A stretch of DNA of 64,000 nucleotides from Deltaproteobacteria bacterium. GTDB taxonomy: Bacteria; Myxococcota_A; Polyangia; Polyangiales; Houyiibacteriaceae. How positions within the stretch are numbered: position 1 is the stretch's first letter; each line of letters starts with the position of its first letter. Positions 30,944 to 40,418 of this stretch are shown piece by piece. The stretch covers positions 64,001-128,000 of the forward strand of contig JAXMNT010000019.1 in NCBI GenBank assembly GCA_034670305.1, in the 5' to 3' direction. Made by a program: the position numbers and the translations under genes. A model generated the notes under the pieces. The model worked only from the letters and a program-made list of their open reading frames with translations, ran no database searches and was not told where the DNA came from.

Positions 30944-31792
30944 TCAGAAGGCCGTGACGACCAAGTCGCAGAAGGTGGCGCCGATGGGGCTCACGTCGCG
31001 GCCCTCGGTCTCGTGGCTGCCGAGCTCCACCGCGAACCCGCTCGTGGTCAGCGCGGTCTCGTAGTACGCGATGTCGCCCACCACGCGGCTGAAGGGCGCA
31101 CCGTCGCGCGTGACGTCGAGGACTTGTTGGTGCGTCTCGGCGTTCCACTCCGCCCGCACCCGATAGCTGGCGCCAGGCACCCAGGGCGCGCGCTCCCGGA
31201 ACGTCGTGTAGCTCATGAAGCCCATGCCCATGGGACGCGGTTCCAGGTCCACCCGACCGAAGAAGAGCGTCGTTCGATCGAGCCCGGGGGCGCGGGGCGG
31301 AAACACCTGCGCGCCGAGCCCACCGAGGTACCGCACGCGGGAAGGGGAACCGTTGCGCGTGAACCCGAAGAGGTTGTGGTTGAGGACGTCCCGGTCGAAC
31401 AGGTCTTCGCGCCACGGCCCGGTTTCGATCGTCATCTCGATCACGACCACCGGATGTTCGGTCCCGACCTCGCCGAAGGGGATGCGCAAGATCTCGTCCG
31501 CCGCCTCGACCGTGAAGAAACACCCGTCGCGTCGAACGAGTTCCGTCCCAGCCGAGCCAGCGTCGTCGTCGATCGAACCCGCATCGACCCCGCCGTCCAC
31601 CGCACCGCTGTCCGTGCCCGCATCCTCAGCGGCTGCGTCGACCGGATCGAACGCGTCGGAAGACGCCGTGTCGCCGCCCCCCGCATCGACCGCCGCGTCC
31701 AAGCCCACCGACGCGTCGTCCACCGAAGTCTCGTCCCCGCACGCCATCAACGCGCACAACAGCAGCGCCCAACACACGTGATTCAGCCCCAT
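30944..31792 (-). CDS. Hypothetical lipoprotein
   Basis: LMACGDE lipobox, acidic DAG linker and a beta-rich C-terminal domain. Confidence 0.7.
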   Translation of the reverse strand: MGLNHVCWALLLCALMACGDETSVDDASVGLDAAVDAGGGDTASSDAFDPVDAAAEDAGTDSGAVDGGVDAGSIDDDAGSAGTELVRRDGCFFTVEAADEILRIPFGEVGTEHPVVVIEMTIETGPWREDLFDRDVLNHNLFGFTRNGSPSRVRYLGGLGAQVFPPRAPGLDRTTLFFGRVDLEPRPMGMGFMSYTTFRERAPWVPGASYRVRAEWNAETHQQVLDVTRDGAPFSRVVGDIAYYETALTTSGFAVELGSHETEGRDVSPIGATFCDLVVTAF

Positions 31793-31846
31793 GGCCACGG
31801 AGTCTACCGCGAACCGCCCCCACACGCCCTGGACCCCCCGCACTCA

Positions 31847-32072
31847 GCGTCGGCGCTTCGGCTTCGGATTCGGATTCGGCTTCGGATTCGGATTCGGCAT
31901 CGGCGTCGGCGTCGGCGTCGGATTCGGCGTCGGCGTCGGATTCGGATTCGGATTCGGATTCGGATTCGCGTCGGCGTCGGCGTCGGTATCGGATTCGGCG
32001 TATCGGATTCGGCTTCGGCTTCGGCGTGGGCTTGGGCTTCAGCTTCGGTTTCGGATTCGGCATCCGCATCGG
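31847..32072. repeat. Microsatellite (GGATTC/GGCGTC/GGCTTC)n
   Basis: Abuts the stop codon of the decayed four-helix-bundle gene. Confidence 0.95.
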
Positions 32073-32426
32073 TCAGACCTGCAGAGCCGCCTTCACTTCG
32101 CGCGCTTCGCCAAGCGCGCGCGAGAACCCGTCCGGGTTCCGGCCGCCCCGTGCGCTCCGAGACTCCGCAATCAGCAACGGAATCGCTTGAGCCGCCCGCC
32201 GGAGCTGCGACTTCAGCGAGGCCTCGCGAATGCGAGGCAAGACCTCACGGACGAGAAGCGAGAGAAGAAGAAGCGACTTGTCGGTATTGCTGGTCTCTCG
32301 CGGGGTTCCTGCGGGCCCAGACGCCTTCGGCTTTCTTGGGGCCCTTGGAAACGGCTCTGGACCTGCTCGTCGCTTCGCTCCTGCGCGGGCCCAGAGCCTC
32401 CCGCGCGCGAGAGACAATACCAGCAT
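32073..32426 (-). pseudogene. Degenerate four-helix-bundle gene (in-frame insertion, last helix missing)
   Basis: MLVL[44 aa]DKSLLLLSLLVREVL..SLKSQLRRAAQAIPLLIAE..F.RALGEAREVKAALQV* aligns by eye with 27100-27411. Confidence 0.75.
32283..32421. repeat. Cruciform palindromic element inside the four-helix-bundle ORF
   Basis: Terminal IR GTCTCTCGCG/CGCGAGAGAC plus GGTATTG/CAATACC; two inner hairpins with CTTCG loops. Confidence 0.7.
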
Positions 32427-32471
32427 CGAGAACCTGCCTTGTGTACGCCGAGCGTGAACTCGCCCGAGGGC

Positions 32472-32549
32472 GCGTTTGTTGTCTGAGGGGGATGGCCACA
32501 TCCCCCTCCGGCCTGCGGGGCCAAGCCCCTCCGGCCTCCTCCCCAACTT
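32472..32549 (+). repeat. 78-bp REP-like double-hairpin element
   Basis: 74/78 identical to the reverse complement of 47206-47283. Confidence 0.9.
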
Positions 32550-32551
32550 GG

Positions 32552-32710
32552 GCGCCCCCAGCTGTCGGCGGGGTGGCGGGTCAAGGACGAGCCAGCGCCG
32601 CGTCAGCGGCGCGCCAGCGAAGCGGCGGGCATCGCGCCGGGCCGAAGGCCTCCTTGAGGCGCCGCCCCGCCGACCGCTACGCTGGACCATCCATCGGGCC
32701 AGCACCCACC
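32552..32710 (-). promoter_or_regulatory. Conserved structured non-coding leader, copy B
   Basis: Long stem GTCGGCGGGG..TCAAGGA / TCCTTGA..CCCCGCCGAC; collinear with copy A. Confidence 0.7.
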
Positions 32711-32748
32711 TCCACGAGAAGGGGTGTGACAGCTGCGGTTGTCGATTG

Positions 32749-32889
32749 CGGCGTCGGCCTCGGCGTCGGCGTCGGATTCGGATTCGGCTTCGGCGTCGGC
32801 GTCGGCGTCGGCTTCGGCGTCGGCGTCGGCTTCGGCTTCGGCGTCGGCCTCGGCGTCGGCTTCGGCGTCGGCTACCGCTAGCGCTTCCG
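32749..32889. repeat. Microsatellite (GGCGTC/GGCTTC)n
   Basis: Lies between leader B and the CoA-transferase B stop codon. Confidence 0.95.
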
Positions 32890-32890
32890 T

Positions 32891-33520
32891 CTACGTCCGC
32901 AGTTCGCCGCCCGTCGCTTCGCGCGCCTGCGCTTCGGTCACGCCAGGCGCCAGCTCGACGAGGCCGAAGTGATCGCCCTTGCAATCGAACACACCCAGAT
33001 CCGTCACCACGCGGCTCACCACGCCCACCGCGGTGAGCGGGAACGAGCACGTGGTCACGAGCTTGGGCTTGTTCTTCTTCGTGACGTGCATCGTCAGAAC
33101 CAGGATGCGCTTGGCGCCCGCCGCCAGATCCATCGCGCCACCGATGCCCATGGTCCGTCCTCCGGGGATGGCCCAGTTCGCGAGGTCGCCGTTGGCCGCG
33201 ACCTGCATCGCACCGAGGATCGCGAGGTCCACGTGGCCGCCGCGGATCATGCCGAAGCTCGTCGCGCTGTCGAACGTGCTGCCGCCGGTGACGATGGTGA
33301 CCGTCTGCTTGCCCGCGTTGATGATCTGCGCGTCCTCGTCGCCTTCGTATGGGAAGGGACCCATGCCGAGGATCCCGTTCTCGCTCTGAAGCCAGATGCC
33401 GCGCCCCTCTTCGAGGTGGTCCGCGACCAGCGTCGGCAAGCCGATGCCGAGGTTCACGATGCTGCCGTCTTCGATCTCGGCGGCGGCCCGTTGGGCGATC
33501 TCGATCTTGCTGAACGGCAT
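32891..33520 (-). CDS. 3-oxoacid CoA-transferase subunit B
   Basis: VNLGIGLPT, QSENG (catalytic Glu), SFGMIRGGHVD and GGAMDL. Confidence 0.95.
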   Translation of the reverse strand: MPFSKIEIAQRAAAEIEDGSIVNLGIGLPTLVADHLEEGRGIWLQSENGILGMGPFPYEGDEDAQIINAGKQTVTIVTGGSTFDSATSFGMIRGGHVDLAILGAMQVAANGDLANWAIPGGRTMGIGGAMDLAAGAKRILVLTMHVTKKNKPKLVTTCSFPLTAVGVVSRVVTDLGVFDCKGDHFGLVELAPGVTEAQAREATGGELRT

Positions 33521-34242
33521 CAGCTGCGCTCCCGTACCGTGCGGTACTCGATGTGGTCTTCGTGTTCGGGGACGTGGAGCACGCGCTGGACGAAGACGCC
33601 TGGCAGGTGCACGTCGTCCGGATCGATGTCGCCCAGCCCCACGAGCTCATCGGTCTCGACGATGGTCGTCTTGGCAGCGGTCGCCATGATCGGCGAGAAG
33701 TTGCGCGCGGTCCGCCAGAACCGAACGTTGCCGAACGGGTCGGTGCGGCGGGCGCGAATGAGCGCGTAGTCGGCGTGCAGCGCCTCTTCGAGCAGGTACG
33801 CGCGGCCACCGAACGTGCGCGTCTCTTTTCCGTCTGCGACCACGGTGCCCACGCCGGTCGGCGTGTAGAACGCCGGGATGCCAGCGCCCGCAGCGCGCAT
33901 GCGCTCGACGAACGTGCCCTGCGGCACGATGGTCACCTCGGCGCTGCCGTCGGCCATCATCCGATGCAGGTCCTCGTTGTTGCCCACGTAGGTGCAGACG
34001 ACCTTGCGCACGATGCCGGCGCGGATCCACGCGGCAAGCCCCTTGCCAAGGTTGCCGGCGTTGTTGCTGATGAGCGTCAGGTCCTTGGCGCCGTGCGCGG
34101 CGACGCCCGCGATGAGCGCTTCGGCGTTTCCGCACAGGCCGAACCCACCCACCATCAGCGAAGCACCGTCGGAGAGTCCCTCGAGCGCGTCTGCGACCGA
34201 GGAGCGAACTTTCGTTGTCATCTTGGTTCCTTCCGAGGTCAT
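33520..34242 (-). CDS. 3-oxoacid CoA-transferase subunit A
   Basis: VGGFGLCG, SNNAG, PQGTFVERMRAAGAGIPAFYTPTG and ARNFSP. Confidence 0.95.
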   Translation of the reverse strand: MTSEGTKMTTKVRSSVADALEGLSDGASLMVGGFGLCGNAEALIAGVAAHGAKDLTLISNNAGNLGKGLAAWIRAGIVRKVVCTYVGNNEDLHRMMADGSAEVTIVPQGTFVERMRAAGAGIPAFYTPTGVGTVVADGKETRTFGGRAYLLEEALHADYALIRARRTDPFGNVRFWRTARNFSPIMATAAKTTIVETDELVGLGDIDPDDVHLPGVFVQRVLHVPEHEDHIEYRTVRERS

Positions 34243-35507
34243 GCCTCGGCCTCGGCGATCGCGTCACCGACCTGGCGCACGCCATCGCGCAGGGTGTCTT
34301 CGTCGATGCAGAGCGGGGGCGAGAACACCACCGCGCCGCCCGGTCTTTTGACCTGTTTCGGTCCTTTGACGTGCACGTGGATCGCGCGCTTCTTCAGTCC
34401 GGCGCGGAGCCGATCCAAGCCGGCCGGATCGAGGGTCAGATCGAGCCCGCCGAGCAAACCGAGGGAACGCCTCGAGGTCGCGGAGGCGCACCGCTCCACC
34501 AACCCATCGAGTTCTTCGAGGAGCACCGGCTCGAGGGTGGCGGCGTTCTGGACGAGCCCTTCGTCGTCCATCACGCGGAGGGTCTCGAGCGCCGCGGCCA
34601 CGCCGAGCGGATGTGCGTGGTGCGTGAGCCCACACGCGAACACTTTGTCTTCAAACGCGTCTGCGACCCGCTCGTGCACCAACACCGCGCCGAGCGGCGC
34701 GTAACCGCTGGTGATCGCCTTGCCGCACGTGATCAGATCGGGCGCGAACTCGGGTTCGTAGAGCGAGGGCTCCACCCGTTCGAACCCGAAGAACGTGCCA
34801 AGCCGACCGAACCCGACGAGGACCTCGTCCATCACGAGCAGCGCGCCATGCGCCAGCGTCGCTTCCCGGATCTCGCGCAGTTGCCCGGGGCTCGGGATCA
34901 ACACCCCGTTCGCGCCGACAACGCTCTCCAGAAAGACGGCGCCGACGTTCTCTTCGAGTTCGAGCACGCGCGGAATGCTGGTGCCTTCGGTGCCCCAGTC
35001 CAGGTCGGTCACATGCACGACGCCGGGAAGCGCGGGCTCCACCACCGCGCGCCGCCAGTCGCCGCTGAGCGACACCGCGCCGAGGGTGGCGCCGTGGTAC
35101 GAGCGGTAGCGCGCGATCGACTTGTACCGACTGGTCACGAGCCGCGCGATCTTGAGTGCGTTCTCGTTCGCGTCTGATCCACCGAGCGTCAACAGCACCT
35201 TCGTGTAGCCCGGGGGCGCCTTCGCGAGGAGCGCTTCGGCCAGCGCCAGTTTCTCGGGGTAGACCGCGTTCGGCGGCGCGACGCAGAGCCGGTCCGCCTG
35301 CGCTTTGATCGCGGCCACGATCCGGGGATGGCCGTGGCCGACGTTCACTTGGTACACGAGCGCGCCGAGGTCGAGCACGGGGCCGTCGGGCGTCTCGAAG
35401 TGCACGCCTTCACCAGCGCCGAACGCCTGAGGCCGGGCACCCGATTGTGACTGCCAGGTCATGAAGAAGGGCCACGAAGATCGGTCGCTCACGAACATTT
35501 GCTCCAT
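34239..35507 (-). CDS. Class III PLP aminotransferase
   Basis: VGHGHP, GGSDANENA, SYHGAT, DEVLVGFGRLG and PDLITCGKAITSGY. Confidence 0.92.
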   Translation of the reverse strand: MEQMFVSDRSSWPFFMTWQSQSGARPQAFGAGEGVHFETPDGPVLDLGALVYQVNVGHGHPRIVAAIKAQADRLCVAPPNAVYPEKLALAEALLAKAPPGYTKVLLTLGGSDANENALKIARLVTSRYKSIARYRSYHGATLGAVSLSGDWRRAVVEPALPGVVHVTDLDWGTEGTSIPRVLELEENVGAVFLESVVGANGVLIPSPGQLREIREATLAHGALLVMDEVLVGFGRLGTFFGFERVEPSLYEPEFAPDLITCGKAITSGYAPLGAVLVHERVADAFEDKVFACGLTHHAHPLGVAAALETLRVMDDEGLVQNAATLEPVLLEELDGLVERCASATSRRSLGLLGGLDLTLDPAGLDRLRAGLKKRAIHVHVKGPKQVKRPGGAVVFSPPLCIDEDTLRDGVRQVGDAIAEAEA

Positions 35508-38476
35508 GCTGCGGATACCACGCCGGACAGCTCCAGCCACTCCTCTTCGAGCAGATCGAAGGGTGGCGCGAACCCAACCCGGCCGCCCGGAAGCGCCCAC
35601 ACCTCGAACGGGGCCGCCGTCATGTGCGCGAGAAACGCATCCCGTCGGTCGCCCACAGACGCGACCCGGTAGAGGCCTTCGCCCGAGAGCGCCACCCCCG
35701 CATCACGCAACGGCGTCAGCGACGCGTGCAGCAGCGCTCCGGCGTCCTCCGATTGAAGCGACGCAAGGTGCCTGAGCACGTGGTGCAGCACGACGAGCGA
35801 CAGCTCGCTCGCACCGCCGCTGGCCGAACGTGCGCCGTCTCCGAGCGCACGGCTGAAGTGGGCGAGCCCGAGCCGAGGAGCGGGCGCCCACAAGCGCACG
35901 TCGGGTTCGAATCCGAGGTCCGCGAACGGCCGATGCACCCCATCCTCGGAGAGGCTCCGGTAACCACCCGTCGCCGTTTCGACCGAGACGATCGGCACCC
36001 CTGCCGCACGAAGCCGCTTGAACGCGCTCCAGTGTTCCAGGAGAAGCGGCGCGCCGGTCTGCACCTGAACAGGCTCCGCGAAGACCGCGAGGATCTGGGC
36101 CGGGTCGATCGCCTCGACCGCAGCCTCGAACCGTTGGGCGTCCTCACGTGGATGCGGCAGGCGCGCGAAGCCTTCTTCGAAGTAGGGGCGCACGCCTTCG
36201 AGCGATGCGGGATCGCTGAGCGAACGCGCCGCCGCGGTGGTGTCCCCGACGAAGCCGCCCTCCAGCCCGAGCGCCACCGACGCCTTGGGACGCGCACCCT
36301 TCAGCACCCGGAGCACTTCGTCGAACGCACACCCGAGCGAGCCGCTCAACGCGACCATCGGCTGGTGCGGCGTCAGCGCCGAGAGGTACTCGAGTCCGCG
36401 CACCGTGGCGGGTGTGACCGTGTGGTGGAGCCGAAGATGTTCGACCACCGGTCCGTAGAGCCCGCCCCGTTTGGCGTAGTGCACGAGCGATGGCGGCGGG
36501 GTGCGAAGCAACGACGAACGAAACAGTGGCCCGCCGACGGTGCAGCCCGGCGCGCGGAGCGGCAGGCGGTAGTAGATCGCCGCGCCCTCTCCGCCGTACT
36601 GACCGTGCAGCCGGTACAGCTCGGTGGCGCCCAGCCTCCGGTTGATGCGACGCATCGCGCTGGTCGCGCCCACCCGCATGCGCCCGGTCATGAAATCGTA
36701 TCGAAGCGACCCGTCGCTCCGCCGCACCGCGGCGGCTGCGTGCACCAGCGCGCGTTTGAGCCGCATGCCGAGGCCAAGGCCGCGGGAGGTCGGGTCGAGG
36801 GTGGTGGCCACGACGTAGACCGTGTTCTGCCGGCCGCGGTTGAGGTCGCGGTCGGCGCCGTCCACGTCCACCCGCTCGAGCGGCACCCCGAGCGTCACCC
36901 CGAGCAAATCGATCGTTCCGTCCTCGGTCGGACGATCGGCGATGACCGCCACCCCCGCAGGATCCTCGAACGCGCGGGCGAGCTTCTCCCGCGGGTCGCG
37001 GCGCGCCGGTTCGTACACCCGTGCCTCGAGCGCGACGATCGCATCGAGCACCGCCTCCACTTCCTCGGCGTCGACCTGGCGCACGCGCACGTCGCGTGCC
37101 GGTCTCGGTGTCGCCGGCTCTTCGGTGGAAGATGTCTTGGTCGCGAGGCTCGGCACCGGCGGCGCGTCCCGCAGCGACCGCCGCGGCGGACGGAACTCGG
37201 ACGGCGCGCGCTCGGCCTCGATCCACTTCGCCGCAGCGCGCAGTACGTCGAACACGGCGTCGAGTTCCCGGTCGCCGAACGCACGAGAGAACCGAATGCG
37301 CACGGTGTGGTCGCTGGCGGGCAGCAGGCGGATGCCACTGCGCTCTGCGATCTCGATCAGGCCGTCGCGCACCGAGGATTCGCCGGCGACTTCGAACCCC
37401 GCCGACCACGCGCGCACGCGTGGATCGAGGATCAGATCCGGGAACCGACCCACGATCGCCTCGAACCGTTCGCGCACCTTGCGGGCGAAGACCTTCGCCG
37501 ACGGATGCGTCTCTTCGAGCGAGCAGACCGCCCGAAGCGCCGCCACCTGATCGGTCGTCGGGTGCTGCAACGCGGACGACGCGGGCAGCGGCACGTTCGC
37601 GGCGAGCACCCCGAGCTGGGCGCGCTTGCCAAAGCAGACGACGTCCGCCTCGAACTCGGGCGCCCACAAGAGCGCGCCGCCTGCGCCGAATCCGGTCTGC
37701 ACTTCGTCGCTGACGAGCGGCACCTCGTGCGCACGCGTGATCGTTCGAATCGCCCGCAGCGTCTCGATGGGCACATAACGTTCGCCACCGGCGCACTGAA
37801 CCGGTTCGAGCAGCACGCAGAGCACGTCGTCGCGTTTTCGGAGGAGTTGCTCGAGCGCTTCGGCGCCGCCATCGAGGGGGAGCACCGTCACATGCGCGCT
37901 CGGCGAGGTGCACAGCTGGTGGCTCGCTTGAAAGAGCAGTTCCGTCCGGCCGTGGAACCCGCGTTCGAAGGTCACGAGGTGGGACCGGACGGATCCCGCT
38001 TCCGCCGATGCCTGATGCAGCGCGGCGATGGCCACTTCCACCGCCTCCGCACCGGACGACGCGAATCCGATGTGGGGCAGGCCCGTCCCGTCTGCGACCT
38101 GCGCGATCAATCGAGCGAGTCGGTCCGCGGCGAGCTCCGCGTCACCGAACACCCCATCGAAGTACGCGGTCACGACGCTCCGCGGGCTGTAGCCCTCGGG
38201 CAGCGACGCGGTTTGGCTGGCGGCGTCGAGCACCGACACCCCATCCGGACTGACCGCAAACGCACTCGCGGACCCCAGCGGGTCGAGCACGAAGGGACGC
38301 GGGCGGGGCGGGGCACAGACCGCAACACGCGCGCGCCAGTCATCGGCGATGGGCTCGCCTCGGGGAAGCTCGATCCCGAGGGGCCGCCCGCGTTCGAAGA
38401 CGGAGGTCCGGGTCTCCGCCTCTTCTTCGCGGCGGTGACGCTCCTCGAGGGCCTCCAAATCACTGAACTGGGTCAC
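35489..38476 (-). CDS. Fusion: class III aminotransferase, GNAT acetyltransferase, degenerate second aminotransferase domain
   Basis: SGAEAVE, FHGRT, EPVQCAGG, DEVQTGFG and FGK; RGLGLG (GNAT motif A); then GGFVGDT, EPVQ and VETATG without the PLP lysine. Confidence 0.8.
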   Translation of the reverse strand: MTQFSDLEALEERHRREEEAETRTSVFERGRPLGIELPRGEPIADDWRARVAVCAPPRPRPFVLDPLGSASAFAVSPDGVSVLDAASQTASLPEGYSPRSVVTAYFDGVFGDAELAADRLARLIAQVADGTGLPHIGFASSGAEAVEVAIAALHQASAEAGSVRSHLVTFERGFHGRTELLFQASHQLCTSPSAHVTVLPLDGGAEALEQLLRKRDDVLCVLLEPVQCAGGERYVPIETLRAIRTITRAHEVPLVSDEVQTGFGAGGALLWAPEFEADVVCFGKRAQLGVLAANVPLPASSALQHPTTDQVAALRAVCSLEETHPSAKVFARKVRERFEAIVGRFPDLILDPRVRAWSAGFEVAGESSVRDGLIEIAERSGIRLLPASDHTVRIRFSRAFGDRELDAVFDVLRAAAKWIEAERAPSEFRPPRRSLRDAPPVPSLATKTSSTEEPATPRPARDVRVRQVDAEEVEAVLDAIVALEARVYEPARRDPREKLARAFEDPAGVAVIADRPTEDGTIDLLGVTLGVPLERVDVDGADRDLNRGRQNTVYVVATTLDPTSRGLGLGMRLKRALVHAAAAVRRSDGSLRYDFMTGRMRVGATSAMRRINRRLGATELYRLHGQYGGEGAAIYYRLPLRAPGCTVGGPLFRSSLLRTPPPSLVHYAKRGGLYGPVVEHLRLHHTVTPATVRGLEYLSALTPHQPMVALSGSLGCAFDEVLRVLKGARPKASVALGLEGGFVGDTTAAARSLSDPASLEGVRPYFEEGFARLPHPREDAQRFEAAVEAIDPAQILAVFAEPVQVQTGAPLLLEHWSAFKRLRAAGVPIVSVETATGGYRSLSEDGVHRPFADLGFEPDVRLWAPAPRLGLAHFSRALGDGARSASGGASELSLVVLHHVLRHLASLQSEDAGALLHASLTPLRDAGVALSGEGLYRVASVGDRRDAFLAHMTAAPFEVWALPGGRVGFAPPFDLLEEEWLELSGVVSAAWSKCS

Positions 38477-38508
38477 GCCGCTCCTCTAGCAGTCTGGCGA
38501 AGCAGCGG

Positions 38509-39414
38509 TCAGCCGGTCGATCGGGTTTTCGTCTTGCCGGGTTTGGCCGACCGTTCGATGAACTCGATGACCAGATCGGCCACGTCGATGCCGGTGGCGG
38601 TCTCGATGCCTTCGAGCCCGGGCGAGGAGTTGACCTCCATCACGACAGGCCCGCGGTTGGCGCGAAGCAAATCGACGCCGCAGAGGTTGAGGCCCATGGC
38701 CTTGGCCGCGGTGACCGCGGTCTTGCGCTCTGCCGGCGTGATCTTCACTGGGGTGGCCGTTCCGCCCCGGTGGAGGTTCGAGCGGAAGTCGCCCTCCTTG
38801 CCCTTGCGCAGCATCGCGGCGACGACTTTGTCGCCGACCACGAAGCAGCGCACGTCTTCCCCGCCAGCCTCTTCGATGAACTCCTGCACGAGGATGTTCG
38901 TGTTCACCCCGGCGAACGCTTCGATGATGCTCTCGGCGGCCCGCTGCGTTTCTCCGAGCACGACCCCAATCCCCTGCGTGCCTTCGATGAGTTTGATGAT
39001 GACCGGCGCGCCACCGAGCATCTCGAGGATCTCTGCGGCTTGTCCGGTGCGGCTCGCGAAGATGGTGACCGGGAGCCCAACGCCCTTGCGGGCGAGCAAC
39101 TGTAGGCTGCGCAACTTGTCGCGCGAACGGCTGACGGCGACCGACTCGTTCACCGGCCACACCCCCATCATCTCGAACTGCCGCAGCACCGAACATCCGT
39201 AGAACGTCACCGAAGCACCGATGCGGGGAATGACCGCGTCGTACTTCGGAAGCTTCTTCCCCATGTACCGGACCGAGGGAGCGTTCGACGTGATGTTGAT
39301 GTAGCAACGCATGTGGTCGATCACGTCGATGTCGTGGCCGCGCTTCTTCGCAGCTTCGACGAGGCGGGTGTGGGAGTAGAGCGTTTCGTTCTTGCACATC
39401 AGCGCGAGTTTCAT
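38509..39414 (-). CDS. rimK: 30S ribosomal protein S6--L-glutamate ligase
   Basis: [39 protein letters not shown] and [13 protein letters not shown]. Confidence 0.95.
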   Translation of the reverse strand: MKLALMCKNETLYSHTRLVEAAKKRGHDIDVIDHMRCYINITSNAPSVRYMGKKLPKYDAVIPRIGASVTFYGCSVLRQFEMMGVWPVNESVAVSRSRDKLRSLQLLARKGVGLPVTIFASRTGQAAEILEMLGGAPVIIKLIEGTQGIGVVLGETQRAAESIIEAFAGVNTNILVQEFIEEAGGEDVRCFVVGDKVVAAMLRKGKEGDFRSNLHRGGTATPVKITPAERKTAVTAAKAMGLNLCGVDLLRANRGPVVMEVNSSPGLEGIETATGIDVADLVIEFIERSAKPGKTKTRSTG

Positions 39415-39591
39415 GGGGTTCCTTTGTGACCAGCTGCGAGTAGAGGCGGGAGGGTACGAGTATGCGCCGCGCCCAGGGGATTCGTTTGCGGTGCTGTGAG
39501 CGACGTCCGGTGGCCGGTTGCGGAAAGCGCGCCCTTCGTGGTTGCGCGTGTGGCGCTGCCGCTGAGCACCGACCGACGTCCGGGCGCCGTG

Positions 39592-40386
39592 CTACAGCGC
39601 GAGGCTGAGCTGCGCGGAAGCCGTGCCCTCGAGTACGAGTGGCCGGTCCTGCGCAGCGACCAGGATCTCGACATCCGGTCCGAGCGCCTCGCGCGCCACC
39701 CGCGCCGCTTTGGCGGGACTGTTCGCCTTCTGCGAGAGGTGCATCAACACGACCCGCTCGAGCGGACCATCCCGAAGCGCACTCAGGAGCGCGGCGGTCT
39801 GCTCGTTGGCCAGGTGCCCGCCCACCCCGGCGATGCGGTTGCGCACGAACGCCGGATACGGGGCCATCCGAAGCAACTCGAGGTCGTGGTTGCTCTCGAG
39901 CAACAGAGTGCGGCAGCGCGCCAAGTGTTTGGGGAGCGACTTCGGGATGCGGCCGAGGTCGGTCACGATGCCGACGCAGTCGTGCTGATCTCGGACCACC
40001 AGCGCCACTTGTGGGGCGTCGTGGGGGACCGGAGAGGAGTCGAACTTCAGCCCGCCGATCCGGAACCGGCTCTTGCGGGCGTAACTTCGGGTGGGCACGA
40101 CGGCCGGGAGTTGGATGCGCTTTTGGGTCTCCGGGGTGATCCAGACCCGCGCGCGGAGCACTTTCGAGACCCGCGCCGCGTGGCCTACGTGGTCTCCGTG
40201 CGCGTGGGTGAGCACGATGCCATCGAGCGAATCGAGGGAGAGATGCAGCACGTCGCGTACCGTATTGCGGACCCGGCGGGCGCTCAGACCGGCGTCGACG
40301 AGCACCCGCGTTCCCCCGGACTCGAACAGCGTGGCATTGCCGCCACTTCCGCTGCCGACGATGGTGACCCTCACAACGGGTTGCAT
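39592..40386 (-). CDS. MBL-fold metallo-hydrolase (YycJ/WalJ-like)
   Basis: GSGSGGNA, THAHGDH, PHDA, TDLG, LESNHD, GHLAN and LMHLS. Confidence 0.9.
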   Translation of the reverse strand: MQPVVRVTIVGSGSGGNATLFESGGTRVLVDAGLSARRVRNTVRDVLHLSLDSLDGIVLTHAHGDHVGHAARVSKVLRARVWITPETQKRIQLPAVVPTRSYARKSRFRIGGLKFDSSPVPHDAPQVALVVRDQHDCVGIVTDLGRIPKSLPKHLARCRTLLLESNHDLELLRMAPYPAFVRNRIAGVGGHLANEQTAALLSALRDGPLERVVLMHLSQKANSPAKAARVAREALGPDVEILVAAQDRPLVLEGTASAQLSLAL

Positions 40387-40418
40387 AGCACGCCTCGCCT
40401 GCCCCAGACTCGCGTCAC

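Noticed and set aside
35624-39202. Long antisense ORFs (1192 aa here; also 13772-15838, 18245-20056, 51594-53681)
   Set aside because: They are shadow frames opposite well-supported genes, as expected at this GC content.
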